The notes: generated by a model from the letters alone, not told the origin. Positions 12,258 to 24,264 are shown, numbered from the stretch's first letter. The stretch is DNA of 64,000 bases from Azolla caroliniana (GCA_043228905.1 JBHGNT010000020.1:15686001-15750000), one strand, 5' to 3'. Translations and numbers: made by a program.

Positions 12258-14132
12258 GGAATGATCGAACTTCTCGAATATTCCGAAGAGTGGGCCAAAG
12301 CTTGATTTTCTCAATGCGAGAAGGATCAATTTCAACTCCTCGTTCGGTTATGAGATGTCCTAGATAAGTAATTGATTTCTTGAAGAACTCACATTTTGAG
12401 ATCTTCGCATAAAACTGTTTGTCACGCAATGTTTGTAAAACAAAGCGGACATGTCTAGCATGTTCTTGTAATGTACGGCTATAAACTAAAATATCATCCA
12501 AGAAAATAACGACAAATTTTCCAAGTTGTTCTCGGAAAATGTCATTCATTTCTTGTTGAAAAGTAGCCGGAGCATTGGTCAAACCAAAAGGCATAACCAA
12601 AAACTCGTAATGGCCATAGCGCGTACGAAATGCCGTTTTAGGAACATCGTCCTCACTTATTTGTATTTGATGGTAGCCAGTACGGAGATCAAGTTTCGTA
12701 AAATACCGAGCTCCCTGGAGACGGTCAATTAGATCGTCAGCCCGGGGCAATGGATACGAATTCTTGATCGTCACTTTATTCAAGCGTCGGTAATTAATAC
12801 ACATACGCCATGTGCCCTCTTTCTTTTTAACCAAGAGAACTGGTGCACCCCATGGAGATTTACTATAACGTATATAACCCATTCGTAAATAGTCCTTGAG
12901 TTGCTTAGATACCTCATCTTCTTCGGATCGACTTAAGCGATACGGAGGTATACTTATTGGTGCAACACCAGGTACAATATCTATACGATGGTCTATATTA
13001 CGTTTAGGAGGTAACCCATCAGGTAGTTCACTTGGAAAAACATCATGAAAATCATTTAAGATTTCATCAAGTTGTTGTTGTTCAAAATATGTTAATTGAA
13101 TCGGGACATTATTGATATTGTAAACGTGAATGTCCGGATCAAGTACACAATAAAATAACGTAGAACAAGACAACTCGGATATTGATGGACACGAGGAAAC
13201 AATCGAGAGGGATTGTTTTTTTACACATTGAATAAAATGCGTACAATCGTTCAGTATAAAAGAAATGGAATGACGAACCCAATCAATAAATAAAGAAGAG
13301 TTTTTATTATAAAACCAGGGATAACCCAGTATTACATCTGTGGTACAAAGATTCATTACATGGAAGTCTACTTCCTCTATATAAGTATCAATAGAAATTC
13401 CTAATGAATGAATCGCCCCGTTGATGTATTGTACTCTTCCATCAGCCAAGTGCACCGTGTAGGTGTGATCACTTACGGTGGGTTGGATTCCCCATATCTG
13501 AACCAAACGATCATTCACAAAATTGTGTGAGCTTCCCGAATCAAATAAAAATTGTACGGGAGATCCATTGATATACCCGTTTGCACGTAGTAAATCATTG
13601 GGACCCAATACATAGTGAGGAAAAGAACATTGACAATTACTTAAATGGTGTGTATAGACCTGAAGGACATTAGGAATCTGACCTTTATGGTCTGCAGCTT
13701 TAGCTTTGTTGTCGTGCTCTTTCCGTTGGAGCTTTCGACATTGATCTTTTGTATGACCCTTCTTTTTGCAGAATACACAAAAAGGATGTTGTCGCTTACA
13801 ATCGCGATCCAGGAATTCGTTGGGTGTCTTGCGTTTCCCAACAAATTGCGGCTGCTTAGTCCCGGGCGCTTCGTTGGGTTTGTTATGGTCCTTCTTCGAA
13901 GTGCGTTGATAGCGAAGAACTATTTCAACGGCCTCTTCGAAGGATTTTGGATCCTTATCGTGCACTATCCAGTGATAGTCCGAATTGGGGATGCCATTGA
14001 CAAAACAAGCTATCAACCAATTGTCCCCTTCTAGACCCGATTTTTGGATTTGGGTTCTAGCATGGTGAACATAGTCCTCTAGCGAGGAAAATTTCCTGCT
14101 AGAGAGGTTCATTAAAGCTTGTGCTGCCTCGG
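12258..14132 (-). pseudogene. gypsy gag C-terminus, protease and reverse transcriptase (truncated)
   Basis: CCHC knuckle [14 protein letters not shown]; protease [12 protein letters not shown]; RT motifs [36 protein letters not shown] and FLDDIL. Ends at IREVRSFL, where satellite begins. The first 33 aa of the ORF-track protein come from copia A's LTR. Confidence 0.93.
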
Positions 14133-14831
14133 TGTTGAGAATCAGATCTTCCGATTCACCTTCACCACTCGGCCACAACCGAGAAATCTCCGAATCAATG
14201 GAGCAGAAAATAGGAAATACAGAGAAAGACACGATACACAGGGATTAACGTGGAAAACCCTATACGGGAAAAACCACGGGAGTGCGAGACTCCAAACCAA
14301 ACTATGCACAGAGAAATATACAATGGCGAGCTGCAAGGCAACGACCTTGCGCTCGCTTTCTTCGCCACAGGCGGCGGTATTACACAGAGGCGTCGACCTC
14401 TTCCTCTCTCACGCTCTATCTCGGCTGCTCTCACTTCGCTCCCTCTTAGTGGAAAAACAGAAAATGAGCAACAACAGACTTAACTGTTAGCCCTAAGTCA
14501 TATTTATACACATATGACTTTCGGGCTATTTACAAATATAGCCTCAAGGGCTCTTGGCAAACATATTCACAAATATGTCTCCGCATCCGGATCTCTCTCC
14601 GGGTACATTCGTCATCCGGCTCCGTAACCGGGGTCTTCATCATCCGGCTCCGTAGCCGGGGTCTTCATCATCCGGCTCCGTAACCGGGGTCTTCATCATC
14701 CGGCTCCGTAACCGGGGTCTTCATCATCCGGCTCCGTAACCGGGGTCTTCATCATCCGGCTCCGTAACCGCAACCGGGCTTGCCGTCATTCATCTCCGGA
14801 CATCCCATCCGGAGGGACCGAAATCCCAACA
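14133..14831 (-). repeat. 3' LTR of copia A
   Basis: Near-identical to 24265-24963 and adjacent to PPT TGAAGGGGGAGTT. Confidence 0.96.
14613..14770. repeat. 28-bp tandem repeat in LTR U3 (CATCCGGCTCCGTAACCGGGGTCTTCAT, ~5.6 copies); also at 24745-24902
   Basis: Units start at 14613, 14641, 14669, 14697, 14725 and 14753. Confidence 0.93.
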
Positions 14832-14841
14832 AACTCCCCCT

Positions 14842-17800
14842 TCACTTCGGCATGGGATGTCTCTCCAGTCCGATCCTCTTCCGGCATGCTTCCAGCTTGT
14901 CGGGTGTGAGCACCTTGGTCAGCATATCCGACCCGTTCTCGTCCGTGTGGACCTTCGTCAGCACGAACTCCTTGTCTTCTATCCTTTCCCGGATCCAGTG
15001 ATATCTTCGCTGGATGTGCTTCGTCCGGGAGTGATAAGCCGCGTTCTTCGCAAGGTGGATGGCACTCTGACTGTCGCAGTAGAGTCGGTACTCCTCTTGC
15101 CGGATACCGAGCTCTCTAATGAAGTCCTTCATCCATATTATTTCCTTGCCGGCTTCAACAGCCGCCATGTACTCCGCCTCCGTGGTTGACAACGCAACCG
15201 TCTTCTGCAGCCTCGACTGCCACGAAACAGCTCCCCCTGCATACGTCATCACATACCCTGATGTGGACCGGCTGGTATCTGCATCAGCCGACATATCCGA
15301 ATCGGTAAAGCCGTCGAGTTCGGACTTACCGGAGCCGAATCGGAGGCACACGTTTGCCGTGCCCTTCAGGTATCGGAGTATCCACTTGACCGCGTTCCAG
15401 TGCTCTTTGCCGGGATTGCTCATGTACCGGTTCACCACTCCGACTGCGTATCCTATGTCCGGTCTTGTACACACCATTGCGTACATCAAGCTTCCGATGG
15501 CAGAGGCATATGGTACTTTCATCATGTCCTCTTTCTCAGCCTTTGTCTTGGGGCTTTGCTTGCTGGACAACTTGCAGTTTGCCGGGAGGGTTGATCCGAC
15601 CGGTCTTGCTTCCGACATGTTGAACCGGTGAAGCACCTTTGTTACGTACTTCTCCTGTGACAGCCACAACTGCTTCTTCTTCCGGTCCCGGATGATGTGC
15701 ATCCCTAGTATTTGCCTCGCCGGACCCAGGTCCTTCATTGAGAAGGTTCGGTGAAGCGCTTTCTTCAGCGTCCGTATCTTGACCTGGTCCCGTCCGACGA
15801 TCAACATGTCGTCCACGTACAGGAGGAGTATTAGAGAGTCTCCTCCTTCGAACTTCTTCACAAACACGCAGTGATCAGACTGCGTTTTGTGGTACCCTTC
15901 GTCGGTCATGAAGGAGTCGAACTTTCGGTACCATTGCCGGGGAGCCTGCTTCAGTCCGTAAAGGCTCTTCTTCAACCGGCATACCAGGTGCTCCTTCCCT
16001 TTCTTCTCGAATCCTTCCGGTTGCTGCATGTAGATCTCTTCTTCGAGGTCACCGTGAAGGAATGCCGTCTTCACGTCCATCTGTTCTACCTCGAGGTCCA
16101 TGCTTGCCGCTATGCTCAGCACCGTCCGGATGGAGGTCATCTTCACTACCGGGGCGAATATCTCGTCGAAGTCGACGCCCTTCTTCTGCTGAAACCCCTT
16201 CACCACGATCCTGGCTTTGTATCTCGGGGGGTTTCCGGCATCTCCCGGTTTCAGCTTGAACACCCACTTGTTTCGAAGTGCCCGCTTTCCTTTCGGCAAC
16301 TCCACAAGTTCATATGTGTGGTTCTCATGCAGGGAATCCATCTCATCCTGCATGGCACTCAACCACCTGCGGCTATGGGTGTCAAGTTTTGCTTCTTCAA
16401 AACTCTCCGGCTCCCCCTCGTCGGTTAGCAACACGTACTCTGGTTCCGGAAATCTCCGGGGGGCCCTTCTCTCTCTTAGAGGGTATCTCCGTTCCGGAGC
16501 TTCGGTAACCGGCTGCTCCGTTTCCTCTTCATCCGAATCCATTTCGGGATCAGGGCCGGTTCCGGTATCAGTTTCATCTTCCTCGGCCGGTTCTGTTTCT
16601 TCACCGTCTTCGGCCGGATCCTCGAGTGCTAACCGGTCCCTTGCCGGTCGGGACTGCTCCTCGTAGAGTTTATCCTCACCGGTCGACTTGGAGCTCTTCA
16701 TCTTCTTCTCCGACTCCCAGTCGGCGAGTGTCTTGTCCTCCATGAAGATGATATCTCGACTCCTGAATATCTTCTTGTCGACCGGGTCCCATACTCGGTA
16801 GCCGAACTCGTCGTCGCCGTAACCGAGGAATATGCATGGCCGGGTCTTTGGATCTAACTTTCCTCTCCGGTCCTTTGCCACATGCACGTATGCGAGACAC
16901 CCGAACACCTTCAGATGCCGGTAGGACACTTCCTTACCGGTCCACACTTTCTGCGGCGTGTCTCCGTCCAAAGGTACTGAGGGTGATCTATTTATCACAT
17001 ACGTCGCCGTCGACATTGCCTCAGCCCAAAACCCCTTGGGTAATTTCGCATGCGCCAGCATACTCCGGACCCTCTCCATTATGGTCCGGTTCATCCTCTC
17101 GGCCAGCCCGTTTAGTTCCGGCGTCTTCGGCACAGTAAACTCGAGCCGGATTCCCTTCGAGCGACAGTACTCCTGGAACTGCCCCCGGTATTCCCCTCCG
17201 TTATCCGCTCGTATCGCTTTCAGCTTCTTGCCGGATTCCCTTTCCACTCTCGCGTGGAGTTCTTTGAAGACGGACAACACTTGGTCCTTTGTCTTCAACG
17301 GCGCCGTCCACAGCTTCCGGCTGTGATCATCAATGAAAGTCACGAAGTACTGGGCTCCGCCATGTGACTTCGTTTCTACCTGACACACATCCGTGTGCAC
17401 CAACTCCAATGGTGCGCTACGTCTCGTCGGTGGCCTTGAGTGGAAGGAGGTTCGGTTCTGCTTACCGGCCAGGCAATCGGTGCACTTCTCCAGATGCACA
17501 TGCTTCACTGGAATGAGGTTGTCTTCTGCAAGCCTCTTCATCCCCTTCTCACTCATGTGGCACAGTCTTTTGTGCCACAGCTCACCGGCAGTGTCGGCTG
17601 CCACATTCAGCTCTTCCGGACATAACCGGGCATTCATCAGGTACAGGGTGTTGACTTTCTGGGCCCGAGCCACTATCAGGCTCCCCTTGCTGAACTTCAT
17701 TACGCCGTTCCGGATGCTACCTGTGTAGCCTTCATCGTCTAGCCTCCCGGCCGAAATCAGGTTCAATCGAACCTCCGGAACGTGTCGGACATCCTTCAGC

Positions 17801-18291
17801 AGCATTTTGCATCCGGTCGGGGTTGTCAACCACACGTCTCCTATGCCGGCAATCCGGCACGTACCTTCGTTTCCCATCCGGACACAGCCGTGCTCACCGG
17901 CTGTGTAAGATGAGAAGTATTTCTTCTCCGGGGTCAGGTGGAACGACGCTCCGGAATTGACCACCCAGGTCACCTCTTCACCGGCAAGGTTCAGCTCCCT
18001 CTCTTCGGTAATGAGCATTATCTCTTCTTCACTTGCCGCGAGTGCCGTCGTTCCTTTCCGGTCCTGCCCTCGCCGATCCGGACCTCTTCGGTCCGTGGCT
18101 CCCCGGTATGCACCGTTTCTCTCCGGTGACTTCTTCGAATCGGTGTCGTCGGCTCCGTTGTCCTTTCGGTAATGCCGACAATTCTTCCGGAAGTGCCCCG
18201 GCTTCCCACAGTGGAAGCATGTGGGTCTTCCTCTTGACTGCGACCGGGTCCCCGACTTCTCCCGTCTTTGCGGACTCCGGTTCCATTGTCT
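14842..18291 (-). pseudogene. copia A polyprotein, 3' part (zinc knuckle, PR, IN, RT, RH), cut off from its gag start by element B
   Basis: CFHCGKPGHFRKNC; WVVNSGASFH (protease D->N relative to B, C and D); HKRLCH...CTDC; RADNGGEY; GKLDPK; YVDDML; CDSQSAIHL...RTKHI. Copia domain order PR-IN-RT-RH. Confidence 0.93.
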
Positions 18292-21200
18292 TGTAAGGAA
18301 TAGACCCTTCTATCCTCCTTTCTTATCTCGGCCACAACCGATTAATCGCGGATCAATGGAGCAGAAAATAGGAAACACACGTAGAAACAAGACGAAGAAA
18401 CGCGAGTACACAAGGATTAACGTGGAAAACCCTAAACGGGGAAAAACCACGGGAGTACAAGACTCCAAACAACACTATACAGAGAAGTATACAATGACGA
18501 GCTCCAAGGCGACGACCTTGAGCTCGCTGTCCTCGCCACAGGCGGCGGAAATACACAGAGGCGTCTACCTCTTTCTCTCTCGCGCTCTCTCTCTCTCTCT
18601 CTCTCACGGCTGCTCTCTCTTCACTCCTCTAAAGTGGAAAAAACAGAAAAAATGAGAAGCAACAACAAAACAGTTTGCCCTAAGTCATATTTATACTCAT
18701 ATGACTTTGGGCTATTTACAACTGTAGCCTCAGGGGCCCATAGCGAACATATTCACGGATATGTCCCTGCATCCGGATCGCTCTCCGGGTACATTCGTCA
18801 TCCGGTACCGAAACCGGGGTCTTCGTCATCCGGATCCGAAACCGACAACCGGATCCGACCATCCCATCCGAAGGGACCGTAATCCCAACAAACTCCCCCT
18901 TCACTTCGGCATGGGATGTTTCTCCAATCCGATCCTCTTCCGGCATGCTTCCAGCTTGTCGGGTGTGAGCACCTTGGTCAGCATATCCGACCCGTTCTCG
19001 TCCGTGTGGATCTTCGTCAGCACGAACTCCTTGTCTTCTATCCTTTCCCGGATCCAGTGATATCTTCGCTGGATGTGCTTCGTCCGGGAGTGATAGGCCG
19101 CGTTCTTTGCAAGGTGGATTGCACTCTGACTGTCGCAGTAGAGTCGGTACTCCTCCTGTCGGATACCGAGCTCTCTAATGAAGTCCTTCATCCATATTAT
19201 TTCCTTGCCGGCTTCAACAGCCGCCATGTACTCCGCCTCCGTGGTTGACAACGCAACCGTCTTCTGCAGCCTCGACTGCCACGAAACAGCTCCCCCTGCA
19301 TACGTCATCACATACCCTGATGTGGACCGGCTGGTATCTGCATCAGCCGACATATCAGAATCAGTAAAGCCTTCGAGTTCGGGCTTACCGGAGCCGAATC
19401 GGAGGCACACGTTTGCCGTGCCCTTCAGGTATCGGAGTATCCACTTGACCGCGTTCCAGTGCTCTTTGCCGGGATTGCTCATGTACCGGCTCACCACTCC
19501 GACTGCATATCCTATGTCCGGTCTCGTACACACCATGGCGTACATCAAGCTCCCGACGGCTGAGGCATACGGCACTTCCATCATATCCTCCTTTTCAGCC
19601 TTTGTCTTGGGACTTTGCTTGCTGGTCAGCTTGCAGTTTGTCGGGAGGGTCGATCCGACCGGTCTCGCTTCCGACATGTTGAACCGGTGAAGCACCTTCG
19701 TCACGTACTTCTCCTGTGACAGCCCCAACTGCTTCTTCTTCCGGTCCCGGATGATGTGCATCCCTAGTATTTGCCTCGCCGGACCCAGGTCCTTCATTGA
19801 GAAGGTTCGGTGAAGAGCCTTCTTCAGCATCCGTATCTTGACCTGGTCCCGTCCGACGATCAACATGTCGTCCACGTACAGGAGGAGTATTAGAGAGTCT
19901 CCTCCTTCGAACTTCTTCACAAACACGCAGTGGTCGGACTGCGTTTTGAGGTACCCTTCGTCGGTCATGAAGGAGTCGAACTTCCGGTACCATTGCCGGG
20001 GAGCCTGCTTCAGTCCGTAAAGGCTCTTCTTCAACCGGCATACCAGGTGCTCCTTCCCTTTCTTCTCGAATCCTTCCGGTTGCTGCATGTAGATCTCTTC
20101 ATCGAGGTCACCGTGAAGGAATGCCGTCTTCACGTCCATCTGTTCTACCTCGAGGTCCATGCTTGCCGCTATGCTCAGCACCGTCCGGATAGAGGTCATC
20201 TTCACTACCGGGGCAAATATCTCGTCGAAGTCGACGCCCTTCTTCTGCTGAAACCCCTTCACCACGATCCTGGCTTTGTATCTCGGGGGGTTTCCGGCAT
20301 CTCCCGGTTTCAGCTTGAACACCCACTTGTTTCGAAGTGCCCGCTTTCCTTTCGGCAACTCCACAAGTTCATATGTGTGGTTCTCATGCAGGGAATCCAT
20401 CTCGTCCTGCATGGCACTCAACCACTTGCGGCTCTGGGTGTCATGCTTTGCTTCTTCAAAGCTCTCCGGCTCCCCCTCGTCGGTTAGTAGCACGTGCTCT
20501 GGTTCCGGAAATCTCCGGGGGGCCCTTCTCTCTCTTAGAGGATATCTCCGTTCCGGAGCTTCGGTAACCGGTTCTCCCGATTCTTCTTCTTCATCCGAAT
20601 CCATTTCGGGATCGGGAACGGTTCCGGTATCATTTTCATCTTCCTCGGCCGGTTCTCTTTCTTCACCGTCTTCGGCCGGATCCTCGAGTGCTAACCGGTC
20701 CCTTGCCAGTCGGGACTGCTCCTCGTAGAGTTTATCCTCACCAGTCGACTTGGAGCTCTTCATCTTCTTCTCCGACTCCCAGTCGGTGAGTGTCTTGTCC
20801 TCCATAAAGACGATATCTCGACTCCTGAATATCTTCTTGTCGACCGGGTCCCATACTCGGTAGCCGAACTCGTCGTCGCCGTAACCGAGGAATATGCATG
20901 GCCGGGTCTTCGGATCTAGCTTTCCTCTCCGGTCCTTCGCCACGTGTACGTATGCGAGACACCCGAACACCTTCAGATGCCGGTAGGATACTTCCCTACC
21001 GGTCCACACTCTCTGCGGCGTGTCTCCGTCCAAAGGTACTGAGGGTGATCTGTTTATCACATATGTCGCCGTCGACATTGCCTCAGCCCAAAATCCCTTG
21101 GGTAATTTCGCATGTGCCAGCATACTCCGGACCCTCTCCATTATGGTCCGGTTCATCCTCTCGGCCAGCCCGTTCAGTTCCGGCGTCTTCGGCACAGTAA

Positions 21201-23605
21201 ATTCGAGTCGGATTCCCTTCGAGCGACAGTACTCCTGGAACTGCCCCCGGTATTCCCCTCCGTTATCCGCTCGTATTGCTTTCAGCTTCTTGCCGGATTC
21301 TCTTTCCACTCTCGCGTGGAGTTCTTTGAAGACGCACAACACTTGGTCCTTTGTCTTCATCGGTGCCGTCCACAGTTTTCGGCTATGATCATCGATGAAT
21401 GTTACGAAGTACTGGGCTCCGCCATGTGACTTCGTTTCTACTTGACACACGTCCGTGTGCACCAACTCCAATGGTGCACTGCGTCTCGTCGGTGGCCTTG
21501 AGTGGAAGGAAGTTCGGTTCTGCTTACCGGCCAGGCAATCGGTGCACTTCTCCAGGTGCACATGCTTCACTGGGATAAGGTTGTCTTCTGCAAGCCTCTT
21601 CATCCCCTTCTCACTCATGTGGCACAGTCTTTTGTGCCACAGCTCACCGGCAGTGTCGGCTGCCACGTTCAGCTCTTCCGGACACAACCAGGCATTCATC
21701 AGGTACAGTGTGTTGACCTTCCGGGCCCGAGCCACTATCAAGCTCCCCTTGCTGAACTTCATGACACCGTTCCGGATGCTACCCGTGTAGCCTTCATCAT
21801 CTAGCCTCCCGGCCGAAATCAGGTTCAGTCGGACCTCCGGAACGTGTCGGACATTCTTCAGCAGCATTTTGCATCCGGTCGGGGTTGTCAACCACACGTC
21901 TCCTATGCCGGCAATCCGGCACGTACCTTCGTTTCCCATCCGAACGCAGCCATGCTCCCCGGCTGTGTAGGATGAGAAGTATCTTCTCTCCGAGGTCAGG
22001 TGGAACGATGCTCCGGAATCGACCACCCAGGTCGTCTCATCGCCGGCAATGTTTAGCTCACCTTCTTCGGTGATGAGCATGATTTCTTCTTCACTTGCCG
22101 CGAGTGCCGTCGTTCCTTTCCGGTCTTGCCCTCGCCGATCCGAACCTCTCCGGTCCGTGGCTCCCCGGTATGCACCGTTTCTCTCCGGTGACTTCTTCGA
22201 GTCGGTGTCGTCGGCTCCGTTGTCTTTTCGGTAATGCCGACAATTCTTTCGGAAGTGCCCCGGCTTCCCACAGTGGAAGCATGTGGGCCTTCCTCTTGAC
22301 TGCGACCGGGTCCCCGACTTCTCCCGTCTTTGCGGACTCCGGTTCCATTGTCTTCCCCGATCCGATTCGGTAAACAGCATCTTCGGGTCGGAGGCCGGTT
22401 CCTTATCTCTCCGACGCGCTTCTTCATTCAGAATACTTGTCTTTACAGTTTGTAAGGACAAGTTATCTTCGGTGCACGAGGTGCTGAGAGTCACCACCAA
22501 GTTCTCCCAGCTTTCCGGCAATGTACACATCAGGATGATGGCTTGCATTGCATCCTCCAACGGGAACTTGATCGCCGCAAGCTGGTTCACGAATCCCATG
22601 AACGTGCTTACGTGTTCCACCATACTCTCGCCGTCCCGATACTTGAGATTCACAATCTTCCTCATCAGGGAGGTCCGGTTCAACGCATTCTTCCTCTCAT
22701 AGAGGCCAGACAGCTTCTTCCACATCTCGTATGCGTTGGTGTCGTTCGCCACATGTTGCAGGACGCTTACGTCGACATATTGTCGGATCGTCGCTACGGC
22801 TTTCCGGTTCAGGAGCTTCCACTCCGACTCAAGTACCCCCTTCGGTATTTCCGACCTGTCAATCGGTTCGTACAGGTCCCGAACAATCAGAAGATCCTCC
22901 ATCTTGATCTTCCAGTCGGCGTAATTCTGTGCATTCAGCACCATCATCATCGGCTGCCCGCTGCCGCCGCCTTCCATTTTCTGCAACAGTCGCTCTGATA
23001 CCAGTTTGTAAGGAATAGACCCTTCTATCCTCCTTTCTTATCTCGGCCACAACCGATTAATCGCGGATCAATGGAGCAGAAAATAGGAAACACACGTAGA
23101 AACAAGACGAAGAAACGCGAGTACACAAGGATTAACGTGGAAAACCCTAAACGGGGAAAAACCACGGGAGTACAAGACTCCAAACAACACTATACAGAGA
23201 AGTATACAATGACGAGCTCCAAGGCGACGACCTTGAGCTCGTTGTCCTCGCCACAGGCGGCGGAAATACACAGAGGCGTCTACCTCTTTCTCTCTCGCGC
23301 TCTCTCTCTCTCTCTCTCTCACGGCTGCTCTCTCTTCACTCCTCTAAAGTGGAAAAAACAGAAAAAATGAGAAGCAACAACAAAACAGTTTGCCCTAAGT
23401 CATATTTATACTCATATGACTTTGGGCTATTTACAACTGTAGCCTCAGGGGCCCATAGCGAACATATTCACGGATATGTCCCTGCATCCGGATCGCTCTC
23501 CGGGTACATTCGTCATCCGGTACCGAAACCGGGGTCTTCGTCATCCGGATCCGAAACCGACAACCGGATCCGACCATCCCATCCGAAGGGACCGTAATCC
23601 CAACA
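18292..23605 (-). mobile_element. Ty1/copia element B, intact, nested in the gag of A
   Basis: LTRs at 18292-18890 and 23007-23605 (599 bp, one mismatch seen). TSD TGTCT at 18287-18291 and 23606-23610. PBS 22992-23003. PPT 18891-18903. Confidence 0.97.
18901..22977 (-). CDS. copia B Gag-Pol polyprotein (~1358 aa)
   Basis: Uninterrupted ORF from ATG 22977 (MEGGGSG), with gag, CCHC, WVVDSGAS protease, HHCC and DDE integrase, YVDD RT and RNase H. The stop codon overlaps the PPT. Confidence 0.95.
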   Translation of the reverse strand: MEGGGSGQPMMMVLNAQNYADWKIKMEDLLIVRDLYEPIDRSEIPKGVLESEWKLLNRKAVATIRQYVDVSVLQHVANDTNAYEMWKKLSGLYERKNALNRTSLMRKIVNLKYRDGESMVEHVSTFMGFVNQLAAIKFPLEDAMQAIILMCTLPESWENLVVTLSTSCTEDNLSLQTVKTSILNEEARRRDKEPASDPKMLFTESDRGRQWNRSPQRREKSGTRSQSRGRPTCFHCGKPGHFRKNCRHYRKDNGADDTDSKKSPERNGAYRGATDRRGSDRRGQDRKGTTALAASEEEIMLITEEGELNIAGDETTWVVDSGASFHLTSERRYFSSYTAGEHGCVRMGNEGTCRIAGIGDVWLTTPTGCKMLLKNVRHVPEVRLNLISAGRLDDEGYTGSIRNGVMKFSKGSLIVARARKVNTLYLMNAWLCPEELNVAADTAGELWHKRLCHMSEKGMKRLAEDNLIPVKHVHLEKCTDCLAGKQNRTSFHSRPPTRRSAPLELVHTDVCQVETKSHGGAQYFVTFIDDHSRKLWTAPMKTKDQVLCVFKELHARVERESGKKLKAIRADNGGEYRGQFQEYCRSKGIRLEFTVPKTPELNGLAERMNRTIMERVRSMLAHAKLPKGFWAEAMSTATYVINRSPSVPLDGDTPQRVWTGREVSYRHLKVFGCLAYVHVAKDRRGKLDPKTRPCIFLGYGDDEFGYRVWDPVDKKIFRSRDIVFMEDKTLTDWESEKKMKSSKSTGEDKLYEEQSRLARDRLALEDPAEDGEEREPAEEDENDTGTVPDPEMDSDEEEESGEPVTEAPERRYPLRERRAPRRFPEPEHVLLTDEGEPESFEEAKHDTQSRKWLSAMQDEMDSLHENHTYELVELPKGKRALRNKWVFKLKPGDAGNPPRYKARIVVKGFQQKKGVDFDEIFAPVVKMTSIRTVLSIAASMDLEVEQMDVKTAFLHGDLDEEIYMQQPEGFEKKGKEHLVCRLKKSLYGLKQAPRQWYRKFDSFMTDEGYLKTQSDHCVFVKKFEGGDSLILLLYVDDMLIVGRDQVKIRMLKKALHRTFSMKDLGPARQILGMHIIRDRKKKQLGLSQEKYVTKVLHRFNMSEARPVGSTLPTNCKLTSKQSPKTKAEKEDMMEVPYASAVGSLMYAMVCTRPDIGYAVGVVSRYMSNPGKEHWNAVKWILRYLKGTANVCLRFGSGKPELEGFTDSDMSADADTSRSTSGYVMTYAGGAVSWQSRLQKTVALSTTEAEYMAAVEAGKEIIWMKDFIRELGIRQEEYRLYCDSQSAIHLAKNAAYHSRTKHIQRRYHWIRERIEDKEFVLTKIHTDENGSDMLTKVLTPDKLEACRKRIGLEKHPMPK

Positions 23606-24234
23606 TGTCTCCCCCGTTCCGATTCGGTAAGCAGCGCCTTCGAGTCGGAGGCCGGTTCTTTATCTCTCCGACGCGCTTCTTCATTTAGAATACTTGTCTT
23701 TACCGTTTGTAAGGACAAGTTATCTTCGGTGCAGGAGGTGCTGAGAGTCACCACCAAGTTCTCCCAGCTTTCCGGCAATGTACACATCAGGATGATGGCT
23801 TGCATTGCATCCTCCAACGGGAACTTGATCGCCGCAAGCTGATTCACGAATCCCATGAACGTGCTTACGTGTTCCACCATACTCTCGCCGTCCCGGTACT
23901 TGAGGTTCACTATCTTCCTCATCAGGGAGGTCCGGTTCAACGCATTCTTCCTCTCGTAGAGGCCCGACAGCTTCTTCCACATCTCATATGCGTTGGTGTC
24001 GTTCGCCACATGTTGTAGGACGCTTACATCGACATATTGTCGGATCGTCGCTACGGCTTTCCGGTTCAGGAGCTTCCACTCCGACTCAAGTACCCCCTTC
24101 GGTATTTCCGACCTGTCAATCGGTTCATACAGGTCCCGAACAATCAGAAGATCCTCCATCTTGATCTTCCAGTCGGCGTAATTCTGTGCATTCAGCACCA
24201 TCATCCCCGGCTGCCCGCTGCCGCCGCCTTCCAT
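23606..24234 (-). pseudogene. copia A gag, 5' part
   Basis: MEGGGSGQPGMMVLNAQNYADWKIKMEDLL...ESERGR; continues at 18286 once B and one TSD are removed. Confidence 0.93.
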
Positions 24235-24264
24235 TTTCTGCAGCAGTTCGCTCTGATACCAGTT

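Noticed and set aside
14133-14232. 663-aa ORF read as a natural protein
   Set aside because: Chance in-frame fusion of copia LTR (GTG start), gypsy pol and four satellite-derived codons.
14857-17728. Antisense and alternative-frame ORFs of 100-185 aa repeated in each copia copy
   Set aside because: Shadow frames of a GC-rich polyprotein gene; they recur only because the copies are near-identical, and no domains were recognised.
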